From Heptranchias perlo (Eukaryota): 64,000 bases of DNA. The stretch covers positions 14,136,001-14,200,000 of the forward strand of contig NC_090340.1 in the NCBI RefSeq assembly GCF_035084215.1. Direction: 5' to 3'. Below are positions 1 to 12,639 of this stretch, in pieces. The notes below the pieces were generated by a model. It was not told where the DNA came from, made no database searches, and saw nothing but the letters and a program-made list of their open reading frames with translations. The position numbers and the translations under genes are program-made. Position 1 is the first letter of the stretch. Each line of letters begins with the position of its first letter.

Positions 1-731
1 ACCACCTGGGGTGCATGTAATTACAGTGCAGCCACTACCTGCTATTATTTTCACTCAATTCTGTGGACTGTGCGAGCAGCCTCATCTATAAACATTAACA
101 GCACTTCTTCCCTTCCATACCCCTCCCCCAATACAAAATCGTTCTTGGATTGTGCTGCACAGATTTAAAGGGGCAGAATGTTTACACTCTGGAACTTATC
201 ATCATCAATCTAGAAATCATGAAGAAACCACTCCAATTTGCACTACCCAGTATTGCAGCAAGACAGCCACGGTTTGTGGGGGGGGCAGTGGTGGAGGAGG
301 AGGAGAAATATAAAGTGGTCACAATTCCAAGCACTTAATTTTACGAAGCTACTCGGACAGAATTGCCTACTTGACAGCTTGCAAACAGTAGGCTCGCACC
401 CAAAGGGCAATGCAGCACAGCAGCTCTAACGTGGTGATAATTCACCTGGTAATAATCACCAATCCGTCGCTGAGTGTTTGTGCATTCATCCTCTTCTGAA
501 GTCACAGACATGGGCACAGCCGGCCCTCTCGTCTAACAACCTCCCCTTGCCTCTCTTCATATGTGGGCCTAGACAGTAAATGTTGCCAGGCTATTTGGCT
601 TGGGGTCGTGACAGCAGAGCACAATCCCATTCTCAAATGAGGCCCACATATGTACTCCTTCCAGCGGTGATCACTGGACAACAATCAGGAGAGAGAATCT
701 GGCTGATTCTCCTCCCTACCTGAGGGAGCAG

Positions 732-1195
732 TGTCAGCCGTGGTGCAGTGGTAGCACTCTTGCCTCTGCGTCCAAAGGTTGTGGGTTCAAGCCCCACTCC
801 AGAGATTCAAGCACATAATCTAGCCTGACACTCCAGTGCAGTACTGCAGGAGTGCTGCACAGTCGGAGGTGCCATCTTTCAGTTGAGACGTTAAAGCAAA
901 ATCCCGTCTGCCCTCTCAGGTGGACGGAATAGATCCCATGGCACTATTTCGAAGGAGAGCAGGGAAATTCTCCCCGGTGTCCTGGCCAATATTTATCCCT
1001 CAACCAACACCGCTAAAACAGATCACCTGATCAGTATCTCATTGCGGTTTGTGGGACCTTGCTGTGCACAAATTGGCTGCCACGTTTCCTACATTACAAC
1101 AGTGACTACGCTTTATAGGGTCTTCATTGATTGCGAAGCACTTTAGGACGTCCTGAAGTTGTGAAAGGCGCTAAAGGAAGTTCTGTCTTCCTTCT
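732..1195 (+). mobile_element. tRNA-derived Deu-domain SINE (SacSINE1-like)
   Basis: tRNA-like head (gtgcagtggtagcac...ggttcaagccc), Deu-like core (gtcggaggtgccatctttcag...ctctcaggtggac) and an ...aaggcgct... tail; recurs many times in the window. Confidence 0.8.
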
Positions 1196-4100
1196 GAGGG
1201 GCACGGAGATCAATTGTAGCACTGCCTCGAGTGAGATTAGCTGCTCAAGAGACTGGGAATCAATCCCGCGGTCAGACTAAACGTTCTATTTGCCACTGAG
1301 CCAAATGGGGAGCTTGGCTAATTAAGGTCTTATATAAACACAAAGTGATCTTTGTCATATGAATCCCAGGCTGATTTTCACCCTGAAGCTGACAACAAGG
1401 AGATTCGCAGGTGTGGAGACAAAAATCACAGAGCACAGCACACATTCTTCAGCAATCAGTATGAACAGGTGCCCCCACCCCATGTAAAGTGGAGAGGGTT
1501 GGTGGGGGGGGTGGAGGGATGACTGTTCAGAATATAATTAGAGAGAAGCATCAGCGGCCAGCCATCCCATGACTACTTCTAAATCCAGTTAAGTATTTAC
1601 TTCAAATTCTGTTAGACTGTGGTCTCTTATAGCCCAACTAAAGTAGAGCCTGATTGGATCAGCAGTTTGTAAGGGACTGCATGGCCTTAGAAAGACGTAC
1701 ATTCTCCCACAGCTTAGGAGCTCCACAGAGTAAGAGACTTCAGGAGATACACTTCGCATAAAATCTCCACTACTCTTCACTTTGTAAATGAGCATCATGC
1801 AGTGGAAATCAGCTTCCTCTCTTCACCCTCCCCCCACTCCCAACACGCTGTATTCTTTCCACTCGCTATATAAACAAAAACAAACTGATGCTTTTAATTT
1901 ACGATTGAACACACAAAGCATTAAACACTGTTGCTCACGTAGTGCACATATATGCAAAGCAGAAAATCACACCCCATTAATAAATACTAAAAGAAAAGAA
2001 AAACAAAGCTTAACAAACGAGGTTTCATTTGCACTATTGCCAAATCGTCACCACCTACCTGCAGCATGTCTAGTAAAACGAGTTCTCTCACACTGGCTAG
2101 ATTTTACAGGAGGACACTGACCGGTTCCCTTTCCCTTCCCCTTCCCTCCCCTGAAAGAAGACAAATGCGCGTGCAAGAAATTAGGACAATTCTGACCTTT
2201 CTACTGAAGTGCCGTATCGTAACTGAGAGCAGCACTGAAACCACAGGCCGCTGCACGAGCCTTGCTCAGATTCCCAATTTCACACTGCGAGTCCCTCCAC
2301 TTTATAGTACCGTGGCTGAAAAGCTTTCCCTATAAATGCAGATTAGTCAACCAGACCTGTCTCATCAGATTATGAGAGCACAAGAGAGTCAAACAATGTC
2401 TGAAAACCCCAGATAAAGTTTCTGCCATAAACAGTCACGCAATGTTAGGCAACCACACACTCACCTCACTCGTCGGCTTTGATTGTAGATTACAGGAGGA
2501 ATTGCAAGTAGAGTTTTATTTTAAATCTTTCGGAAGGTATTTACTCTTTAATTTCTCTCCCCTACGGCCTCCCCGGGGGTCTCAAAGCTGAGACGCTGAA
2601 TAACCTGCCCAGCAGCCTCTGCCAATGCTGCTCTCCAGAGAGAACTCTTAAGAAAAGCCAACACACATGCTAACCACCTGCATTTTAGAAAGCCAGCCAG
2701 CCTCCGGAGACACTGTCCATGGTCACAGACAAAAATCAGCCTGGACAAGGCCCCTTCTGAGTTTAGCGCTTTTAATGCAAGCGTTTGGTGTCCTTACTTA
2801 TTGCAGGCGAATATTCTCACGAGATTCCCTTCTGTCCCTTTACACTTGGAATTAGTCTTGCCGCTTGTTTGTGCTCGCTCTCCAATGCTCGATTATATTT
2901 TCCTCCCCCCTGACTTTTTCTTTCCTTCTGTAGGAGGTACTCAGTCTTTGCTCATAAGCTCCCCACAGTAAAAAGTGGGATAGAGTGGGGGGGCATGGGG
3001 AGGTTTCGAGGAGATGCAGGACAGGGGAACCTTACATTTCACCGCTCCTAGTGACTGAGCGCAAAATTTCTCATTTCCCCACACGAACCACAATCCTTCG
3101 CAAGAATCCCCGAGTAAGGATCTTCACTTTGAAATTGTTAACTTTTTTTCACCCTGGAATGTTTTGCATTAGAAGAGGAGATTCCTCAGTGCCTCCATGT
3201 TGGAGGGATGGGAGTTCTTATTAAAAAAGGTACAGGAGTGAGTCAGTCAATGTGAGGCAAACCCTGTACTAAAACATGCTCAAATGCCAAAATTAACCTG
3301 TTACTTAGGCCAAGAGGGCAGGCGAATGGTTTTTTCCCTTCCCCGTGATTTAGCGCTTATAATGCACTGCAGCAAATGATAGCCCTGTGCGTTACACACC
3401 TGCCAGCCTCACCGCATGTCTGCGGACCGTGCGGGTAGAAATATAGAAACTAAACAGACAGGCAGAAACACAAGGCTCACTTTCTCTCATTTTCCCCAAG
3501 GTTCCCCCCCACACTCCTGAAAACACTGACCATTGACACAGTCGGGCCCCCATTGGCTTTGGGAGCTTTCCAGCACCTCCCAAAGTGGCCATTCTACATA
3601 GACCGGAAACATTTTCCTTAAACCTCGAGAAGTGCCTCGGGATGTTCTTCCACATTAAAAAGGTGCTACGCAGAAGCAAGTTGCTGTTAGCAGTTTATTT
3701 AACCCTGGCAGGCATCACAGCCAGGCCTGATTCTCTCCTTACTTGGTATCCCCATACCTACCCTTCTAACTGGAGTCAATGAGAAACTCTGGCTGATTTT
3801 ATTGTCCACCCCCTTCACCCTAGCTTGAGGTGGCTGAGGTCCATTGCAGTGCCCTCCAACTCAACATAGCCCAGAGATCGAACCTGGGACCACCCTGATC
3901 TGTACGGCTCAGTAGCAATCCAGATAGTGCATTGATCCACTGCGCTACTTAACTGCTTCCAAAGCTCCCTTTCAAATAAGGAAACATGGTCTTTTCTCGT
4001 CGAGCAATTTCCAAGCTCCAACTGGTTCGCATTCGACCATCCTGGTAGCCACATGATGCAACGATAATGGAGTTGTTGACTAATCTCTATCAATTAGTCT

Positions 4101-5029
4101 AAACTGACCCAAAAATGACACGAGGAAAACCCCAGTGGTGGAGAGCTTTGGGAATCATAGGCCCAAAGTCGCCGTTTTCTTTCTAATCCTGCACTTACCA
4201 CACGTCAAGTCTCAAACACACAGCAGTTAAAACACATTTTTCTTTTGCATATGCTCAGTTATTGGAAATAATTTCAGGAAGTCAGACTTGTTAGTAGAAG
4301 TCAGAAATGTGGAGTTACCAGTTATACACAGCAGTGTGTTGAAACTAATCTGGAAGTTACAAAACGGGTCCTCGGTCCTCAAAGGGTTAACCCCCGTCCT
4401 CTGACACTGTGGTATTTTGTACAAAACATGGCTGAGGACAGAGGAAGGAACTGCACCGCGGTCACAAAGCACTGAAGGTCAGGGTGGAATGTGCAGCTTG
4501 AAAACAAGAAAATGCACGTTACATCCAGCAGCAACCTAGAGTACAGTTGGGAATATGGCGCCATTTGTTTCAAGGGTTTGGAATTGTGTATCCAAGTGAC
4601 TGGGCCAATAAGATGTTAACGCCAGGTTAAGGTGTTTCGGGTCATAGTCAAAACAGACCACCATGAGATCGATGCTTCCTGCTGATATAACCACATCAGT
4701 TTGCAAGGCAAGTCACTGGCTGGGAGCAGCAGTACTGCTCGGCCCCAGTGCAAATTGGTGATCCCTGGATACTTCAGTGGGTAAATACATGCACAATGTG
4801 TTAACTCAGGCTGACCAGAAAGATTCTCAAACCAATCCTTCATTTGTACTGACCTAACTGATCTTGGCTGTGGTGATGGTCGAGACATTACTGTTGTGTT
4901 CAGCAGCTGAACTATGGGGAGAGGGGGTTAGAAAATTCAGCCAATGACTGATGTCAATTGTTGCTGGAAAGCACATATAAATGAACAATACTTGTATTTA
5001 GAGAGCACTTTATCATCATGTATAAAAGA

Positions 5030-5925
5030 CTGCGCAATTTCAAAATTTGCAGATAACACAAAACTTGGAAGGGTAGTAAACAGTGAGGAGGATAGTGATA
5101 AGAAGATATACAGGCATGGGCGGACACGTGGCAGATGAAATTTAATGCAGAAAAATGCGAAGTGATACATTTCAGTAGGAAGAACGAGGAGAGGCAATAT
5201 AAACTAGAGGGCACAGAAACAGAGCGATCTGAGGGTATATGTGCACAAATCGTTGAAGGTGGTAGGGCAGGTTGAGAAAGCAGTTAAAAAAGCATACGGG
5301 ATCCTGGGCTTTATAAATAGAGGCACACAGTACAAAAGCATGGAAGTCATGATGACCCTATATAAAGAACTGGTTCGGCCACAACTGGAGTATTGTGTCC
5401 AGTTCTGGGCACTGCACTTCAGGAAAGATGTGAAGGCCTTAGAGAGGGTGCAGAAGAGATTTACTAGAATGATTCCAGGGATGTGGGGCATTAGTTACTT
5501 GGATAGACTGGAGAAGCTGGGGTTGTTCTCCTTGGAACAGAAACGGTTGTGAGGAGATTTGATAGAGGTATTCAAAATCATGAAGGGTCTAGACAGAGTA
5601 GATAGAGAGAAACTGTTCTCACTGGCGGAAGGGTCAAGGACCAGAGAACATAGATTTAAGGTGATTGGCGAAAGAACCAAAGGTGACATGAGGAAAAACT
5701 TTTTTTTTTATATACACACAGCGAGTGGTTAGGATCTGGAATGCACTGCCCGAGGCAGATTCAATCATGGCCTTCAAAAGGGAACTGGATAAGTACTTGA
5801 AAGTAAAAAATTTGCAGGTCTACGGGGTTAGGGCAGGGGACTGGGACTAGCTGGATTGCTCTTGCATAGAGCCAGCGTGGACTTGATGGACTTTCCTCCC
5901 TGCTATAACCTTTCTATGATTCGGA
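5030..5925 (+). mobile_element. CR1 LINE 3' fragment (RT C-terminus and 3' UTR)
   Basis: ORF pieces KFADNTKLG and LVRPQLEYCVQFW followed by a typical CR1 tail. Confidence 0.9.
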
Positions 5926-6004
5926 GCTTCACACAATGAATTACTTGGAAGTGCAACAACTGTTATGTAGATAAACAGGTAACCATTCAGTGCCAGCAAG
6001 GTCC

Positions 6005-6362
6005 TGTACTGAGGGAGTGCTGCACTGTTGGAAGTGCCATCTTTCAGATGAGATATTAAACCGAGGCCCCGTTTGCCCTCTCAGGTGGATGTAGAAGATC
6101 CCATAGCACTATTCGAAGAATTGCAGTGGAGTTCTCCCCGGTGTCCTGGACAACATTTATCCCACAACCAGCATCACTAAAACAGATTATCTGGCCATTT
6201 ATCTTATCTGGTTTTGGGTCCTTGTTGTGCACAAACTGGCTGCTGCTTTTGCCTATATAATAACAGTAGCTACACTTCGAAAGTACTTCATTGGTTGTGA
6301 ATCGCTTTGGGACATTCTGAAGTCGTAAAAGGCGCTATAGAAATCCAAGTTCTTTCTTCTTC
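6005..6362 (+). mobile_element. Deu-domain SINE, 5'-truncated
   Basis: Similar to the core and tail of 732-1195. Confidence 0.75.
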
Positions 6363-6729
6363 TCAGCGACAGTCAGTGTAGCGCCCTGGCTAGATTTTCT
6401 CTCCCTAGCCAGGGTACTAAAGCCAATTGGTAACATCGTTACTGCTCAAGTAACTCAGCACTAGGGATCAAGCCTGGGAGTTTCCTAGTCTATGTGGTTC
6501 AGTAATATTCAATCCTTTTCTGCCCACGGTCAGTTCATTTACAGTAGTATAGAGGTTATCTTGATGCTGCAACCAGAAAATTATTTTAGCTTAAAAAGGA
6601 AGCCCTGGGTTACAGCGCAATCAAGACGTATAGAGTGTAACAGATCTCCAACAGAGCAAGAAAATAGCCACTTCCTGTTGTCTGGTTTCTAAAAGGAGCT
6701 GCACCTGTTGCAAACTGCTTTCTCACTAT

Positions 6730-6932
6730 TAAAAACAGAAAATGCTGGCAACATACAGGTCGGTTAGCATCTGAAAAGCAAAAACACAGGTTAACGTTTC
6801 CAGGAGAGACCCTTTGTTAGAACCCTGATAAATTCTGGCAAAAGGGTCTCTATTGCAAACACTAACCCGTCCTTTCTCTTGTCAGATACTGATGGATCTG
6901 CTGTGTATTTCCAGTATTCATTGTTTTTATTC
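6730..6932. repeat. Old palindromic Penelope-derived repeat
   Basis: Imperfect inverted arms (aaaaacagaaaatgctgg ... ccagtattcattgttttt); related to 8505-8800. Confidence 0.55.
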
Positions 6933-7024
6933 CTTTTTTCTCCCCCCTCTATAGAAATTACTGGTGGTCATTCAGCCCGTCCCACCTCTGCTCTTCAACT
7001 GAAGCTAATCGCATTTTCTTTCCC

Positions 7025-7520
7025 TGTATCATAAAATCATAGAATGATACAACATAGATGGAGGCCATCTGGCCCATCATGCCCGTGCTAGCTCTTTGAA
7101 AGTATCCTTTTATATTCTTCCTTTTCAAACAATTATCCAATTCCCTTAATGTTATAGGCTCTATCCCCATAGCCAGTCATTTCATGCTCTAATAACCTTT
7201 GAGGGGGGAAAAAAATGCTTCTAGCTTCCCCCCATTGTCCTTCTAATGATAATCCCAAGTCTGCCAACCAGCAGAATCAATTTTTCACTATTTATTTACT
7301 TTCTCAATAGCCTTTATAATCTTGAAATTATTAGATTGCCCACTTAACCTTCTCTGTTTCAGGGAAAAAAAGGCCTGTTTTTTTTCTTCATTACTACAAC
7401 CTCTTATCCCTGGTATCATACCAGTGAATCTTTGCTGTACTCTTTCCACAGCTCTAATATCCTGCCCATTGTAAGGTGCTAATAACTGCACGTAGTACTC
7501 CAACTGCAGCCTAACCAATA
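7025..7520 (-). mobile_element. Degraded CR1 3' fragment
   Basis: Minus-strand ORF LVRLQLEYYVQL...RVQQRFT; CR1 tail at about 7030. Confidence 0.8.
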
Positions 7521-8504
7521 TATTTTCTTTGCTTTGTCCTCCGAGACAGATAAAGATTGAGTGTAAGCTGAGCAAGCAGCACATCAAGCACGAATTATTG
7601 AAAGGTTTTGGAACAGTGCCAGGACAGGTTTTAATTTCCTGACACGAGGCACGCAATGGAAGACCTCAGAAAGGGGAGGTTTCTTTAAAAGGAACGAATC
7701 AGACACTCAGTCGGGGCTCTTTAATAGACACCGCCCTGTTCCAGCAGTGGAGTCCAACGCCAACAAGCCACATCCCCAGCTGAAACACAGCTCAGGAAAT
7801 GCTGGCAAAAATCTCACCAGCAGCTTGCACCAGGGCTTAACTCATATCTCCGTGCCCTCTTACAATGTGTGGTAACTCAAAAGAAGTTCAGGAAAAGGGC
7901 TCAGAACATAGTACTCAGAACACAAACTTAAATGTATCGTTCAGTTACCTGCACCAAAATTTGATTTAATAATTTCCCTTTGGGAGCAATCCCCCTTCCC
8001 CTTTTGCAAATTCCCACTTGGGCCGGCAGGAGGAAGAGTTACCTACTCACAGGGCTTTGACAATCTCCGTTCTGCAACAGCTCAGAGTCTCGGGTGCACT
8101 GATCAGTAAGGACCCATGTGGACAACATATATCCAGCCACTCTTTCCCTTGCTGGCTGCTATCCGGCATAACCACAATCAGTATTCTGATCATCCCTGCA
8201 TGGAGATGTGCATCAAAGGTTCGGCACCGGTCTGGGTGCCGAGTCTCCCATTTAAGATTCAACACCAGGGTTGGGATCAAGCAGCAGGAAGCATGTCGAT
8301 CACAGCTTCCCCCAGTAGCAGTCTGCTGAAGAGAGGCCCATCAATATTCCACTTGAGCGGGTATCTTCCAGTTGAGTGATCTGATCGTGCAGGTCTCCAC
8401 AAGCTGCTCTCTGACCCGCAGTGACATAGATACCTCCTCTCTTGGGGGACAGGTTTTAAACTTATCTTTTCTAACAGGATTTATCAGGGATAATTTACTT
8501 TTAA

Positions 8505-8800
8505 ATTGAAACAAAAAAGTGCTGGAAACACTCAGCAGGTCAGGCAGCATAATGTATCAGGTCTCTTTCCATAGATGCTGCCTGACCTGCTGAGTGTTTC
8601 CAACATTTTCTGTTTTTATTTCAGATTTCCAGCAGCCGCAGTATTTTGCTTTTGTTTTAAGTGTTTAATTACACTGTGACGAAGTTCTACTCCTCTCTTC
8701 GATGAGGAGTTCTGATCAAAAGGTCATTGACCTGAAACGTTAACTCTGTTTCTCTCTCCACGGATGCTGCCTGACCCAAGTGTTTCCAGCATTTCCTCCT
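8505..8800. repeat. Penelope-derived repeat with inverted arms and a degenerate hammerhead-like core
   Basis: Inverted pair ggaaacactcagcaggtcaggcagcat / atgctgcctgacctgctgagtgtttcc; core gagtt-ctgatca-aaaggtcattgacct-gaaa-cgtt-aactc near 8706-8746. Confidence 0.6.
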
Positions 8801-9421
8801 GTTGCCCTCAGAGTGACATTTTCCTTTAAGACTTCAAGTTCTTCTAAAGCAACCTATAGAATACAAGTAAATGACCAAGCACCAGGTATATATAATACGC
8901 AACCAGCTTCACCACCTGCCATGTGTGGTTTTTTTTAAAAAAGCTGCCACTATTATTTAGCCCACAGAGGTATTCTCTTACCATACAATATTTTCACCGA
9001 TTGTTCCTGGAACACCTTCCGCCCTCAAGACACACCAGGTTTCACAAAATGCCAATTCCCACCAGAAACGCTATGCACAACTGTAAACAAAAGTTGCTAC
9101 TGATACGAAGATGGAGGAGCATGGTGTTAATGGGACTGGCTTTTAACCAAGGATGAATGCAAGTTACAGCATAGCTCAGTGTGGATAACACGTTTACATC
9201 AACAGTGCAGCTGAGGCCAAGTGTTTCCCCCGCTTCCCCCAAGAAACAAGGAATAAAACCCACACGTGCCTACCTCAAGGCAAATCACAAAATTATGCAA
9301 GCTCACAGAGAGAAAGCATTCCAACTTGGTAAAAATTAACCCATTTGTATTTTCATGGTCCACAGCACGGCCAGCAGACAATAAAGCCACCCATCAGGAT
9401 AGGGCTCTGTGCGCGCATGTG

Positions 9422-9424
<3 letters not shown>

Positions 9425-9457
<33 letters not shown>
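9425..9457. repeat. (CA)n/(TG)n microsatellite
   Basis: Seen directly; about 16 units. Confidence 0.98.
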
Positions 9458-9459
<2 letters not shown>

Positions 9460-9464
9460 CTTAC

Positions 9465-9649
9465 CTTCGAAGAAGCTCTTGGCTCTCAGGTAGCTGACGC
9501 TCAGCCGGAGCACAGACAGTTTGTCCAGTTTGTTGATCACCTCCTTGGGGAATGGCAGCATTCCAGCCAGCCGTTCCAGCTCGGCATTCAGTCGCTCCCT
9601 GTGTCTCTTGGACGGATTGGACTTCACCCCTTCAGGGGTCACCGGTTTA
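9465..9649 (-). CDS. AHR: Aryl hydrocarbon receptor paralogue, coding exon 2 (bHLH domain)
   Basis: Encodes [61 protein letters not shown], the AHR bHLH. Bounded by acceptor ctccag and donor gtaag; phase 2 in, phase 1 out, as in the vertebrate AHR bHLH exon. Confidence 0.96.
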
Positions 9650-9654
9650 CTGGA

Positions 9655-10100
9655 GAGAAAGAACTTGCATTTATATAGTGCCTTTCACGACCTCAGGACG
9701 TCCCAAAGCGCTTTACAGCCAATTAAGTACTTTTGACGTGTAGTCATGGTTGTAATGTAGGAAATGCAGCAGCCAATTTGCATACACCAGGGTCCCACAA
9801 ACAGCAAATGAGATAATGACCAGATCATCTGTTTTAGGCATAGGTTGAGGGATAAATATTGGTCAGAATACCGGGGAAAACTCCTCTGCTCTTCTTAGAA
9901 ATAATGCCCTGGGATCTTCTACGTCCACCTGAGGCGGAAGACAGGAGCTGGGTTTAACATCTCATCTGAAATATGGCACCTCCGTCGGTGCAGCTCTCCC
10001 TCAGTACTAGATTTTGTGCTCAAGTCTCTGGAGTGGAACTTGAACCCACAACCTTCAGGCTCAGAGGCGAGAGTGCTCCCACTGAGTCACCGCTGACACT
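9655..10100 (-). mobile_element. Full-length Deu-domain SINE abutting the AHR exon acceptor
   Basis: Reverse complement of the 732-1195 family; its tail ...ctatataaatgcaagttctttc runs into the acceptor. Confidence 0.85.
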
Positions 10101-11289
10101 TGAGAGCAACTCACAAAAGAAGTAATTGACAGATGCATTTTTGGCAGAATAACTGATTTTATCAAACGCTTCACTTTATGAAAATGAAGAATTAAAATAC
10201 TTGATTTTGGAATAGTTATGCTCGTATCCCAAGAGCCAACCAAACCCTCTGATCTCACTTTTGGCTGATAATTTCACCTCCCCCAAAGTGACCAAGACTA
10301 CAATCTCAAAAATTAAACACTTTCCCTAAGATCAGCTGCGATGCAAAATGCTTCAGCATGAGCCAACCCCCTGTACCTCCCCTCCCCGACAGACAGACAG
10401 ACACCACCCCCACACCCAGCTTCACATTTGCATCCAGATCAAAAATAACTTCAAAAGCTTGAAGGGGCCTGAAAACAAAGACCTGTGCCACTAAATAAAG
10501 GAGGAACGGAAGCAGCAGAGTGCGCGAGATCCAGCTCGGGATAATGAATCATATGTAATCGCCTCTACAGATGCTTCGTAAATCCACCTCTGCCTGGGCT
10601 GTGGTCAGAAAGGACATCCCCTCCTCATATTCAGCCATCTGGGCAGCAGTATAGGAAGCCACAAAGAACACAATGAGGTTGCAAATTCCTGCAGAACCAG
10701 GCATGTCCACAGGAGAACAAGAACCTCTGCAAGATTCAAGGTTAGATGGAGTCCTTCCCCCCCAGCCCCCCCACCCATAATTAAATGCAACCCTCCCCAT
10801 AACAAACGTGGAGGAAACAACTGCAAGACAAGCATCAATCAGAATGGGTAATGCACAGACTCTGTCTGAAGCTCTGGAAGTATTAAGCAGTGTGCTGCTC
10901 TTTTATTTTCTGAAAGCCCACACCCCAGACTCTTCCTCCAAGGATCAACTTGGAACATGGTCACAAGCCAATGAGGATTCTCTTCCCACTTGATACCCCA
11001 ACAGGGCAACAACCCAATCTTGCAAGAGTCCTCCATATTTAGGCAGGATGTGCACTTTGCAGCAGGAGTCACTAGACCTCGATTAAGAGCAGGAACCCCA
11101 GCTGATTTCTTCCCTCTCTGGAATCCGAGGATGCTTGATCTTCCACAGCTGTGCAGGTCAAGAACAGCTAACTCAGCACAACTGGGGACTGAAGTTGGTT
11201 CTTTCCTGGGCTGTCTGGCTCAGCAGCACATCATGCAGCATACTTACTGATCCACTCAGGAGGCTAAGAAAACAAGAACTCGAAGTTTA

Positions 11290-12040
11290 CAGCACAAAAT
11301 GAAACAATTCAGCTTACTGTGAACGTACTGGAGCAATCCAGAACTAATCCCACTGTCATGTTCTCTCCTCGTAGCCTTGTACCTTCCTCTGCTTCAAATA
11401 TTTATCAATTTTTTTGTGTGCAATAATTTCTGCTTCAATGACTCCCTGTGACAAAGCATTCCACGCTCCAACTACCCACTGAGTAAAAAAGTTTCTCCTA
11501 ACCTCTCCGCTCACTCGATCATTTTTAAATTGATGACCCCTCGTCCCTCACTACCCAACTGGTAAAAAGTTTTTCCCTATTCACCCGATCAAAAACCTTC
11601 ATAACTTTAAAAACATCCATTAGGTCTCCTCTTAACCTTCTCTTCTCCAGTGGAAGTAGTCCCAATATCTCAAGTCCCTCCTCATGGTTTCCCATCCCTC
11701 GTATCATCCTAGTGAATCTACACTGTATGGTCTCTATGACTTTAATGTCCTTTCTACAATTACGCACCCAAAATGGCACACAGTATTTTAATTGTGGGCT
11801 AACCATCATTACCACTGTGCTCTTGTACTCTCTGCCCCTATTTATAAAATCCAAAATGCTGTTGGCCTTTTTAATGGCTTTATCTACTTACATTCGCACT
11901 TTCAGGGAATTATGTATTGAACCCCTGGGTTCTTGTAAACCCTTCAGTGTTTATACCTTGAGTGTACACTCCAGTTCCTTCTTTTTCTTCCCAAACTACA
12001 TTGCCTCACACATTAAATTGCTTCTGCCATCTGTCTATAT
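11290..12040 (-). mobile_element. Degraded CR1 3' fragment
   Basis: Minus-strand ORF PQLKYCVPFW...KRRLRGDL. Confidence 0.85.
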
Positions 12041-12324
12041 CCTCAAAGTATTTTATAGTCCTCACGGCTTTAAAATAAGCAATATTGGATTAAATTTTCT
12101 TTTTTGCAAGAATGAATGTTCCTATAGTAGGTGTACATTCGCTCATTTTGATTTCCACAAGGGAACGAACAGAGGCAAGGGTAATTCTCCGAAATTAGAC
12201 GAATTACACATTTGTGGCTGACTGCAACAAGATAAGGATCAAATGTGGTCTGATGGTGCCTCTCTGCAAGTTCACACTGCTGCTCATTCACTAGATCATT
12301 GTCGGTCTTTGGTTGAATCCTTAC

Positions 12325-12380
12325 ATTTTCTGCATGGGTCTCCTCCTCTTCCTCACTGCGTAAAGACCTGAATTTAACAT
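12325..12380 (-). CDS. AHR: AHR first coding exon (MLNSGLYAVRKRRRPMQK, basic region/NLS)
   Basis: ATG at 12380; YAxRKRRxP motif typical of the AHR N-terminus. The phase-2 donor at|gtaagg joins exon 9465-9649 in frame. An upstream acceptor cctttcag at 12408 implies an untranslated exon further upstream. Confidence 0.9.
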
Positions 12381-12639
12381 GATTCCAACGTAGATGACTG
12401 TTTACAGCTGAAAGGAAGACAGGAGGATGTCAGTTCAGCTAGAATCACACACCACGCAAACATGTTGAGAATTAATTACCAACAGAAAACAAAAACAATT
12501 TTAGCAAAGGCAGAATTTTCTTTGCTTTCTCTATCCTGGAACTCCCTCCTCTCCTTAAAAGCAGTGAATCGTGTGGAGATACATGTCCCAAAGCCCCACC
12601 TAACTGGCCATTCATGGAACATGCATGATCATGGGCTCT

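Noticed and set aside
732-810. tRNA gene
   Set aside because: The A/B-box-like sequence is the head of a SINE and does not form a full cloverleaf.
1-9400. AHR exon 3 candidates (donors near 2058 and 7948)
   Set aside because: Their translations lack the expected EGExLLQ-type motif; exon 3 probably lies outside the window.
11712-12221. 169-aa plus-strand ORF
   Set aside because: Mostly the antisense reading of a CR1 fragment.
2430-12460. Three TTGCGTG XREs (about 2436, 7650, 12453) as AHR autoregulation
   Set aside because: They are dispersed and the count is compatible with chance.
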